From the NCBI RefSeq assembly GCF_006345805.1, contig NC_043000.1, positions 53,878,001 through 53,942,000 of the forward strand: a DNA stretch of 64,000 bases. Reading direction: 5' to 3'. The position numbers and the translations under genes were made by a program. The stretch's first letter is position 1. Each line of letters starts with the position of its first letter. This document shows, in pieces, positions 23,346 to 35,104 of the stretch. The notes beneath the pieces are model-generated. The model was not told the DNA's origin and did no database searches. It saw only the letters and a list, made by a program, of their open reading frames with translations. The DNA comes from Octopus sinensis. Taxonomy: Eukaryota.

Positions 23346-26300
23346 AAATATCCGCAGTGATTATATTCTTTGCATCGAATATGAAAAGGGCATTACTTGT
23401 GATGATGTAAATGTTAGTAGCCTCTCGTAGTCCGAGAAAGACGGTTCTGTTATATCTTGCTGAACCACAGCCACAAATGATTTGTTTCTTGTGATCAAAT
23501 ATATATGTTGGATATTAGTTCACTCCCTCCATCAAATAAACGTTTACTGGAGTGGTACATAGTATAGTAAAAGCCAAGTGTCAATGGGATCACAGAGCAA
23601 AATGAAATGAAATGTTTTGCCCAAGAACACAAGGCGCCACCCCATCCACTGTCTGGATCCATGATCTTGCGAACGTGAGTGCAAAATCCTAAGCACTATG
23701 CCATTTGACACCATACGATGATGTCAAGATATATAATAAAAATGGAAGCTGAAGAATGATGCAGACCTGTTACCATGACCCCAGAAATGGGGTGGTTCTC
23801 CTCAAGCTGGAAATTACAACATAATATACACCACTGAAGGGTTTCACAATGCCAGGTGCTTTCATTAAAACCGTGTGACGTGTTGATCCCATCACTTAAC
23901 TAGGCCATGATTTGATTTGAACTCCGAATACAAAGAACCAAAAAATATCGCAAGACGTCTAATATTCCACCTGCATTACTATAGATTAGTACATGTTATA
24001 GACCCACAGAAAGTATTTGAGTGAAAGATGATCCCTTTCAATTTGAATTTGTAACTCAATCTTTAACAACCAATTCTCTACCTAGAGTGAAGCATTGAAT
24101 ATTTAGTAGAGTAGTAAACACATACCGCTTCCATAACACGTTTAAAAAGCCAGCCTGGAGCTGCGTGAGAATACCCCACAAATTTAATAGTTATCATTTG
24201 CATATTGAATAATTCGAATTCGCTTGTATCCTCTCTTGCAGTTCAAACAGCAAGTTATTTGGTAGCTAAAAGTTAGCTGCTGGCTCACCAGCGTTGTCTC
24301 TCTCCAAATCCTCTCCCATTTTCGTGGACACTATCCCTGGCATTGTACTTCATCACAACTACTATGTCCCCTTAATTAGGTAAAGCTTGTGCTAATCTCA
24401 TATTCGGGCTCGAATCTGTTTCTTCCATTGTCATATTTTCCGCGTTATTTTAAAGTTTATTTTCGTGTTTTCACGAATTGGATGAGTATTGACTACTACC
24501 ATAATTGTTGTTAGCATCACCTATATCTACCACATCAGAAAAATAGATTGATGCAATTCATTTTGGAATGAATTAAAAACGCAAAAGCCTATCATGGGAA
24601 AATGTAAGCACATTAAATCAAATACAATGTTTAACCAAAGCTCTCTCCCACGCAGCTAACGTGATGAACGTTATCTCAAAAGAATTTGGTGGTTAGACGA
24701 ATCTCTCAAACTTATTTCCGTTACGCAAAGGCAAGAATTCTGTTAAAAATACGTCTTAGGTAAAGAAGACAGTGAACAATAAAAGGAAATAATGAAAATA
24801 ACTACTTTCTAGCAAATAAAAAAATTGCATCCTTTTTTACCATACTTAGTCGGAAAGTACAATAAGATACAAAGAATGTTAGTTAGTTAATTTTGGATGA
24901 GAATGAGAAGGCATAAAAAGATATTGGTCGGGGCCAAACACGGTGTGTGAAAGTGAGGGGAGGGGTGAAAACATCATGGGAAATGTGACTACGTGTTTAA
25001 ATATTTATTGGAGACATAAATGCCCACAATAATTGAAAGATTGTTTCTAGCATAGGCACAAGACTGCAAATTTGGGTGAGAGGAACCTATTTGATGGGCA
25101 AAGCTTGTGGACCTAGGAAGGAACACAGCTGAAGTGAACCCGGCAAGGTAAAATACTATAAGAATAGCACAATAGTCAAAACAAGATGTCTGAAAAATAG
25201 AAATTACTCGTATATTGCGTTTAGGTATTTTTAGGCATTGTGAAGGTCAGTGAAATCAACTTCAGTTGGCACAGTCCGAGATGGGATTCTTTTCACGTGA
25301 CATGGATTTTTCTTCTCATGATTATCTCTCCTCAACGCGAGATATTCACCGCAACCCGAATATGTTGCGGCCCATTTGTTTTCAAGCGTTCAGTGTTTGG
25401 TTTATATCTTTAGTTGTCGTCGAAAATTGAAGCACTGAAGCTGACGTTTAGGGCTTTCTTGGTTAACTCCTTTGAATGAGGTTGAGGTGGATTTTTCCAA
25501 CAATTTTGATATTGCCTTCGAGGTTTTAATGCTGTCCTAGGAGTTTCAGACTTACTTTGTTGCTCTTTGTTACACTTTTTCTCTTTGCAGACCACCAGAG
25601 TAGAAAGCCATTAGAATGCTTTTACGACAACATATGTTGCAGCTGACTTAAGTAAGATGGAAACTCAATCCTAAATCCTTTGCTTTAGTTCTTCTTTGCA
25701 ATTCTACCTGACATTACCTCATGTATATTGTTCTTGTAAGTGCATGTAAACTTGTGTATATATTCTGCCGCGAAAGTGATCCGCAACCACTTTTTCAAGT
25801 TGACATTCATATCTATATATTCTGCATCCTTAAATATAGTAGGGAAATTTACAAGTAGTGGTGTCTCATACTTTCGGGTTTGTGTGTGTCGAAATATTTG
25901 GCCCTGTATTTTCACCAGTTCTGCGATTTGACGATAACGCATATTTGGTTCATACAGTTCATGCGTCAAAGTAAAGGAAATAACAGAGATTCTGACAAAC
26001 AGAGGTGTCTTCAAGCATAAGTTCTATGTTACAACGGCAACAACCCCTGTGCCATTGACAAATAGATCATATGTTACAATTCCTTTGCTGCTTGTGTGAT
26101 AGAATTTGGCCGGTGAACACATGCTCTGTAAAAGATGTCACGTCGATAAAGACTTTTCAGAAAAAAAAATATTTAATACATATGAATTTCTCGTTAGAAT
26201 GCCCTGTTGCAAACAATACATTTAGGCCAGTATTCGCCACAATTACATGTGACAAGGAACGTGTATACAAGTTTCTTTCGCTGTTGTTATTACTGCTCTT

Positions 26301-27859
26301 GCTGTTATACAACATGTATTTTATCATACGCTTTTTAATTCAAATATCGTAATTTTAAATCAATTTTCTACAATATGTGTGTTTATGTGCCCTTTAATAT
26401 TTATGTTAGTATTTTGTGCTTAAGAACTGATTTGCACTCTTTACGAAATGCTATGATATTTGTGCGAGGGTATGATGTCAATAACGTTGGCAAAGAGAAT
26501 AAAACTCTAAAATTATCTTTCCAATCAGTTGATAAATTCATATTTTTCAATTGGAAATTAAAATTGAAATAATTGCATTCATAGAAAGACATTTGTCACT
26601 GTATCATAAAATTATACAATTGCATCTCAGTATGTGTATTTAACATCAACAGAAAATTATACGATTTTTTAGTTACTCTGAGAGCGCCAACATACAAACA
26701 GAATCCTAATTTTCCTTCACGTCCGTAAACAACTGCACCAAATTATTTGCCAACACTCACATGTATCCATAAATTAATGTGAGCATTTTTTGTGCGATAG
26801 TACAATTTAAAGTTAATACCACACCCAAAACGCAAGACACTTAATTATGCGTATGAAAATAAAAACAATATTCCTCTGACCACCCGCCTGTCTGCCATCA
26901 CACGAACAGACTAACGTTTCAATTATTTATTTTATTTTCAGCCAGAATAGAGGACGGTGGCTCCGGCCCCAAATCACCATTATCAATGCTGTTAGTGCAA
27001 TAACATAAAACAAATTAACACTTCGACCCAAGTAGGGCATGGTGGGACTTGAACTCAGAAGGCAAATTTTTAAAATATACAGAAAGGTGTGTGGCCCTTC
27101 ATTTTTCCAGTTCCATCAATATGGCGCGTTGTATTTGTATCTCTTTGGGACGAATAGAGCATGGCACTTTATCTGACGCTCTAAAGAGTCTAACGATTTG
27201 CCACCTGTGAAAATGAAGCAAAAGAAAATCAAAGCGATATATTCATTGAGTTTCCATATGACACGAAAAAAACTTCTATAGTTTGTGCTTCATTTTTGGT
27301 CAAGTTCATTTTACATCAGAGGAGACTGGAAGAAGAAACAGAAATGTAATAAAAGGCGACAGATTTATAAAGGCTTTCATCCGGTAGAATCATTCGTGAT
27401 GTAAAATGTTTCGATATAAACGTATGCAGTTCATTCAACCACTTGACACTTCTTATTTTTGAGATGGCTAATCTATATACTATGTTACAAAAGAAACGAA
27501 AAGAGAAAAAAAATTAGACAATAAATCAGTGAATTCTACTCTTTGTGAGATAAATATTTATCATTTAGTATTTATACAACATGAATGAAAATTATTGACT
27601 AAAACATCACTGAAATGTCACATTAGTGTTTTTAAAAGTCACAAACTTAACTAAATCACCACATATTCACCATTACGAGAGCTTTTATGAAGTTATTCTA
27701 GGTGCTAAAATTAATAGACAATTTTTGTCAGCCAGAAGAAATCGTAACGATGAAACAGCATGTTGACTATAGAATGTGATAGCTAAAGTATGTTTTGCAT
27801 TAAATATGATTCTATTTATACGTGTGTTGTAATAAAATAATAGGAGAATAATATTTACC

Positions 27860-29780
27860 ATATGTGCCACGCCAAATAAAGAAACTCTTATAATGTGTAC
27901 ATTACCTGTACTATACTGAAGAAAAACTTTAGCAGGACACGCAGAAAATTGCTGAAGATTATCGAAGAGAAGAACCCGATGCTGCTAATATGAGAATGTT
28001 TCATTCTGATATAGTTTCAGCTAAGAATACTTATTTGCAATCATTCCTGTCGAAGATTAATGTGTTGCTGTTTCAATACGGATATATGATTTCATCGGAT
28101 TACCTGAAGACAAACGCCAGATGATGAATACCCCAGGATATATAACTTGTCTCGATGAGATGAGATTGTTGCATTGATATTCGTTAATGATGAGAAAAAT
28201 AAATTGTCAGAAAGTATTTAGCGATTCTCATCAAGCATATGACCCCATCATGTATCCAGGTTTTATTCGGTAGCTTAGCTGGTTCGCATCTAAATAAGCA
28301 AAGTCAAAGATGAATAGGACATTTTCCTATAACAAAGAAGCAGTAATTGGATAATATACAGCATCGCGGACACTGCCTGTTTCAATAGGTTTGTGTAAGC
28401 CAACGTGTCGTCTAGTCTCCTCGCCTGTAGTGTATTGGAAACGATCAGCAGTATTTAGTATTAGACCTGTATAATTGTCTGTCAGATACAATCTTTGCAA
28501 GGAGTTGTTGATCGGTCTGGAGAATGATAGATCTTCCTAAATCAATTACATGCCGAACTATATGGCAAAAATGTGACGGCTATGGCAAATAAATTTAGAG
28601 ACTAGAATTGTTTCCGACACTGTCCTTAAACCTAAAATTTAATGAAAATACGGAACGCATCGTAATTCTGATAATAGACAATCCTAATATTACTACATGA
28701 TATTTCAAACTGAAACGGTAGCAAACTTTTTTCACATTTCAAATCTGGCATCTTGAAAAAGTTAATGCACCATATGAGCACACTTGATTGCTAGGAAGGA
28801 GGTTTACCTTATTGTCATATTTACAAGTGAAAGGAACAACAACACATGGCAAGAAATCAATAAGTTTTTTACATCTGAACTTTCAGAATTGATCTTCATG
28901 CCTCGGTATACCAGCACATGATAGGAGAAAACTGAGAAGAACAATGTAACTTTGCATTTCACGTCACCAGGATGCTGTAACAAGAGCTTTATCCATGAGT
29001 TCTGTTCACAAACATTAAGTGATGACGACTGATACAGTTTATCGACGGCGAGGTCCTATTGTAGGAGACGATACTGCCAATGTGTGAGGAGTTGTAAACA
29101 GGTAGAGGTGGATAATTGATACATAGTTCTTCATGATACTTTCCAAATACTAGCAAACAGAACCTGCTTATGAGCGTCAACAAAACAAGAAACAAGGCCA
29201 TATATTTTGATATCATAAAATTCTAGAGTTCCCAGAAGACACCTGTCTCTAATCAGCTCCTGAAATGATGAAAAATCTTTTCCGGGGACATATCGACATA
29301 TGTGATAATGTAGTAATCATCACAGGAGCATTATGGATTAAGGTGGATGACGGAGCTCCTTTAGAAAAATTCGTTAATTTCTGTGGAGATATTGCCAGTC
29401 ATTTAATCAGGTATTGTCATGGAGAAGAATTAGCCCCTGTCTATTACTCTACATTAGAGTTCAGCATTGCCATTCTCAGTGCTGATCGCCGATTTCTTGG
29501 CAATACTATTCGTTAACAACCTTGTCGCTTTGCCAGGATAAAAGAAATGGTAGAGGCAATTCATCAGGCTAGCTGGCAGTAACATTCTTCTGGTGAAAAC
29601 TCCCTTTGGAAAATCCTTTTAAGTACGTCACCTCGGCGACAGCATTACGTGAAATGCTGTTGGTGGTGATATAAAATACATGATTTGATTATATGCGCTA
29701 ATATGGTTCAAATGTGGATAGTTTTCTTTCCGAAAAATTAAAGTTTCAACGGCAAATGCGACTTTCGTGTGAAACCTCGA
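27860..29780 (+). mobile_element. Heavily decayed Helitron Rep-helicase relic
   Basis: Fragments across frames: SHQAYDPIMYP, QLHAELY, EGGLPYCHIY (HUH motif, cf. QKRGLPHxHI), YRRRG, VDN*YIV (cf. VDNRWIVPY), FLGNTI...IHQAS...SLWKI (Pif1 helicase region). Confidence 0.65.
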
Positions 29781-30405
29781 TATGTCTGTTCTGTGTAGCT
29801 TAAATTTAATAAAGTCACATCGCTGAAATTTGTCTAAAAATACTGAAGGATGTCATCACCACTACGAATTATTTGGAAGCAATATTTAACTCTATATGCT
29901 TTGAAAATCTTCTGATTAAATTATTTGTGTATATTGTGAGGTTACTCTGCATCCTATTTTGAACTCATACAATAGAATATGATGGAATCACTTAATAAAA
30001 TTTACGTATTTTGTCTGTAATTTGAACGTCGAAAACAAACCTGCGCTTTATAACTAAACTAATGAAGATAATAAGCAAATAATTTTACATTAATAATACA
30101 ACTTATATTCATGGCACAAAATTTAAGTTAAAATTAAGTCTATCATGTAAACGTTAACGAAGTGATATGCTGAATGTGTACTTGTTCTTAAAAAATTTTG
30201 TTTCGTTGCGGCACTACGTCTTTCACGAGAGTCCTTGTAACGATATATGTGTGAGAATGCATACAGTATAGTTCAAAGGTAGGCGAAACAAACAGCCCCG
30301 TTTTGACTGAGAACGACAGATATCGGTAGTTCGTATTAATTTTATCTCATGAAACCTGGAATTAGCCCTCCAAATGAGTTGAAATTGCTAGCCTAAAGTA
30401 TAGAC

Positions 30406-30493
<88 letters not shown>

Positions 30494-30624
30494 TAGATGG
30501 ATAGATAGATATGCATATACATACAAATTTTATATATGTATGTATATATATATATATATATATAATATATATATATATGTATGTATGTATATACATATAT
30601 ATTATATATATGTATGTATATGTA

Positions 30625-30826
30625 TATATATCTCGTGAGTACCGCTGGCGACTTTTTTCCTCTGTCTTCCCTTCTCAGGATCTTTCCTTCTCCTATGTTT
30701 CCGACGAAGCGCTCCGCTCGAAACGTTAAACGCTCCTTCTTCCCTTCTTTCCCGATCATCCAATAATACTTTATTTGTTCCACGTCCTCGCGTTGTTGTG
30801 TTTTTCTTGTGTTTTCTTGTTTGGAT
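30625..30826 (+). mobile_element. Solo Penelope-like pLTR with hammerhead
   Basis: Homologous to 19030-19225; bounded by (TA)n on both sides. Confidence 0.7.
30697..30731 (+). ncRNA. Minimal hammerhead, CCGACGA core variant
   Basis: GTTT CCGACGA AGCG-CTC-CGCTC GAAA CG TT AAAC; loopless ACGU palindromic stem III. Confidence 0.6.
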
Positions 30827-30959
30827 TAACTTTATATATATATATATATATATATGTTTGTTTATATATATTCATATATAACATTTTTGCGCTATACATA
30901 ATATATTATTTATAAAATATTCATGTATTATTATATGTGTAGTACATATCGTTTCCTTG

Positions 30960-31410
30960 TTTCAGTTATTAGGTTATAGCCATGCTAAGGCACCGCCTTG
31001 AAGAGTTTTATTCGAACGAATAGACCCTTGATAATATCTATTTAAAAGCCTGGTACTTATTCTTTCGGTCTCTACCAACCGTAGTTATTTTCCAGTGGCA
31101 GGGGGAAAACTGACACTCAAACGCGCGTGCGCGCAAAGGCACACATAAATCTCATGTGGGTTATTTTTGTTTGCATCTCCCATATCCAAACAAAAACCTT
31201 TAGTTGACCATTGGCCAAGGTATAGTACAAGACACTAGGGCGAGGTGCCACACAGTGGAAGTAACATGTCGTTGGGAAGCAAGCTATTTACCACACAGCC
31301 ACGCAGTTGCAGGGGTAGCAGTGTAGTAAAAAGATTGCTTTTCAACCATATAGTTCTAGGTTCAGTCCAACCGTGTGGTAAATTGGACAAGTGTCTTGTG
31401 AGGGGTTATG
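30960..31410. mobile_element. Cluster of decayed SINE fragments (both orientations)
   Basis: GGTACTTATTCTTTCGGTCTC (tail, -), AAGACACTAGGGCGAGGTGCCACACAGTGG (-), TAGGTTCAGTCCAACCGTGTGG (+ head). Confidence 0.5.
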
Positions 31411-31425
31411 GTGGTATACAGTTAC

Positions 31426-31461
<36 letters not shown>

Positions 31462-31484
31462 TATATTATATATATATATATATA

Positions 31485-31531
<47 letters not shown>

Positions 31532-31560
31532 CGTATATATATATACATACATACATATAT

Positions 31561-31604
<44 letters not shown>

Positions 31605-31609
31605 TGTAT

Positions 31610-31652
<43 letters not shown>

Positions 31653-31667
31653 ATATATATACATATA

Positions 31668-32090
31668 TCTAATGTAGGATAAAGTTTTTTCGAAAAAAAA
31701 TTATTTTCAAAAATAATTTTATCAAAGCCAGCATATTAAAAAATACCTTTAAAGGTTAAATTTATAAACAATTCATAAATAAGGACAAACGAAAAAATTG
31801 CTCATGCCAAATATGCCGAAAAATTGGACATATTGTCCATTAACCATATAATTTTTTCACAATACGCACGCTACTCGAAAAAAGGTCGACAGAAATTTTT
31901 TTTAAAATTCCATTATTACAATATCGGTCCGATTTCAGGGTTAGCTCATAACAGCCCTCCCTTCGTCAGTGATACATGTGGCAAAAGAAATAAATGAGAT
32001 ACTTACTCATACTCATGGAAGAAGCAAACACGAAGTCATGAGCACAATTAAGTACCCCAAATACATCCAAAATAGAAATACTCCAGGCCA
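31668..32090 (-). mobile_element. Solo pLTR, diverged relative of the 8545-8985 arm
   Basis: CTAATGTAGGATAAA, TACCTTTAAAGGTTAAATTTATAAA, ATGCCAAATATGCCGAAAAA and AAGTACCCCAAATACATCCAAAATAGAAA shared. Confidence 0.75.
31917..31974 (-). ncRNA. Type I hammerhead with compensatory changes relative to 8765-8825
   Basis: CUGACGA AGGG...CCCU GAAA UCGG-A-CCGA UA; stem I partly mismatched. Confidence 0.7.
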
Positions 32091-32092
32091 TT

Positions 32093-32175
<83 letters not shown>

Positions 32176-32344
32176 TATATTAAATTAGAGATAAAACCAC
32201 TATTAGGCAAAAACAGTGAAAATCATAAGGCAATAAATTAATTAAAAAAATATAAAATATAAAATTCCAAATTAAAATATTTAATTAAAGTTAAAATTTT
32301 TAAAATTATTTAAATAATATATATATATTATATATTGATGTTAA

Positions 32345-32396
<52 letters not shown>

Positions 32397-32519
32397 CATA
32401 CATATACATAAATTATATACATACATATATATACATAAATTTATACATACATATATATACATACATATACAAATATATAGATATACATATACATATGTGT
32501 ATGTGCATGTGTGCGGTTG

Positions 32520-32735
32520 TGTTTGTGTATCTGTGTGTGTCTTCCTGTCTGTTTTTTATTCATCTCCACCGCTTGAACACTTGTGTCGGTGTGTTAGCAT
32601 CTCCGTAACTTGGAGGTTTAGCAAAAGAATCCTGCAGAATAAGTACGAAGCTTAAAAAGGTACTGGGGTAGATTCATTCGACTAAACATTCAAGGCGATG
32701 CCCCAGTATGACCGCAGTTCAGTGATTGAAAGACG
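32520..32735 (+). mobile_element. SINE 3' half (family of 3957-4344)
   Basis: CACCGCTTGAACACTTGTGTCGGTGTG, AGAATAAGTAC, CCAGTATGACCGCAGTTCAGTGATTGAAA. Confidence 0.65.
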
Positions 32736-33324
32736 AAAAGATTAAATAATATATACATACACACATACGCACACAAACACACAAACACATATATATATAT
32801 ATATTCATTCACTAATAGTTACTTTAATCTGAAAATATTTATGCAGTATATGAAAAAAATTACATTAAACTTAGGGATTACTCAATACTTTTAGTAGGTA
32901 CATACTTATTAAATCTTATATGGAAATGAACGACATAACTGGCTATATATATATACACGTAAGTGATTACTATTCTTGGAGATGGTTACATAAGAATAGA
33001 GTAATGCAGTGTGCATTTGTATAAAGCTGCGTCCTGTTCAAAACGAAAATACGTGTGGTTCTATTATTATTCTTTACGTTTTTTAAAATTTTTCAACCAA
33101 AATTGTGTGATTTTTGAGAGGAGGATCAAATTTTCTTGAGTAGAAGTCCAAACTTTCTTAGCGAGCATCAGGTAAATGACTTAGATTTGACTGAAATCAT
33201 AATTAGCAAACACAATTTTAAAATAATTACAAAATAATAATGAGCAAAGCTAAGATTATTAGTAAAAGATGTGTTGATGCTAATAATTACGAACGAAAAA
33301 TAACGCTATTTATTATTATTTTAA

Positions 33325-33392
33325 CTATTATTACAATTAACTATTCAAATCATTATTATTGTTGTTATTGTTGTTGTTATTATTATTATTAA

Positions 33393-33435
<43 letters not shown>

Positions 33436-33500
33436 TTGTTGATGATGTTGTCGTCGTTTTTTATTGTCATTGTTATTTTACTAATTACTACTGTTAATTA
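33325..33500. repeat. (TTA/TTG)n trinucleotide microsatellite
   Basis: Direct reading. Confidence 0.9.
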
Positions 33501-34131
33501 ATTTTGCTGATTATTATTTTTGTTTATCATTATATTTTGCTATTTAATTTATTGCAGTTTCTGAAAACTTTCCAAAATTTTCTTAATTCCGTCTAAAATT
33601 ATTTTCAAAGCTAATTGAGGAAATTTGGCTCCCCTTATAAGAAAGGGTTTCTTTCGGAATGATTGTTCCCAATTGAGATGCACAGCTACAGTTCTCTATT
33701 TAAGCCAACGAAATCTGTGAGGCCTCAATTGTATTTCGACAAAATGTGACACATCATAACACTACAATTACATGCCGCGTAGGCGCGTTGTTATATAATC
33801 AGATATTCACAGAAATATTTGCCAAATACACGTATATATATTTTCATGCGTACCATGCTTCGTTTTATAAATCATCCGGAAATTTATGTCAATAAATGCT
33901 GATCATCTACCCGCTTTAAATCGTCCATTACACAATGGATTTATAGTTTTTCTTATATTAGGGTATTGACTGAAGCACGGCTACGATTTCAAAGGTTTTC
34001 TGCAATATTCTTCATGTATCATATGCTACTTTCTGCCTTGTACACTTGTACAATCATCCAAAGACTGAAGCATAGAAAGTTAATTTAGGACGTTTCTGTA
34101 GCCAATAAATATCTTCCAATAACACAAACGC

Positions 34132-34182
<51 letters not shown>

Positions 34183-34291
34183 GGTTTAAGTTAGAGGTGT
34201 TTAAAAAGGATGGTTAAATCCAAAGCGGCGCTCCTGGTGATTAGCTGCGTAGGTACATTCTTGGTTAAAGGTATACGGTAGCAGGTAATTC

Positions 34292-34333
<42 letters not shown>

Positions 34334-34372
34334 CCTACAATAATTTCTAAAACCTGTCATACGTCTTTCCTC

Positions 34373-34481
34373 GACCAATCAAATCTTATTCAAAACATAT
34401 ACTAATTTGTGCCATGAACTCCCTATAAAAATAGGGCAAGCTTCAAGCACTAGTCAGAAGCAAAACACCTGTGACGTAAGT
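34373..34481 (+). promoter_or_regulatory. Candidate Pol II core promoter and short first exon
   Basis: GACCAATC (CCAAT 34375-34379), TATAAAAA (34424-34431), Inr-like CTAGTCAG (34450-34457), perfect donor GTAAGT (34476-34481), at canonical spacing. Confidence 0.4.
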
Positions 34482-35104
34482 TACCTTCTTGTATTTATTT
34501 TGAATTTTTGAAAAGCAGTGTTAACTGAAACCGGTTAAATCTTTGAATATACTAATGATTTGTAGTTTTTGCCACCAGGGTAGCTTTGGAGAGGTAATTA
34601 AGTTGATTAAAACTATTCTCAGTGCTTTTAGAACTTCTATTTTTCCTATATTTCTATCCGTGTGGAATAAAATAACTTAGTTTTCTCTCTTTTCTCTCTC
34701 TCTCTTTCTGTATATGTATATATATATATGCATGTGTGTGGGAGGGAGATAGGAGAGAGACAAATTAGTTCAAGAACATTTTGAACATTTTGGGGATCAA
34801 AAAAGTTAGATTTCTAATAAGCATTCTTCATATCAAAGTAGTAACTTGCTATTGCAAGTATATAACATAAAAATATTACAATTAAAATGCCATAATTAAT
34901 TTAACTTTTTCCATGTTTTCTTTCATTATCATTCTACATTATCATTCGAAACGTTTGTGTGGATTAAACATTTTATAAAAACTTATAACATCTCTTCTCC
35001 ATTTCTTAACCGTTAGTTGGGTTTGTATAAGATTTTATCCTATAATACTCATAAGACATTTAAAAATTTTATAAATATATATGTGTGGGTGTGTATATAT
35101 AATT

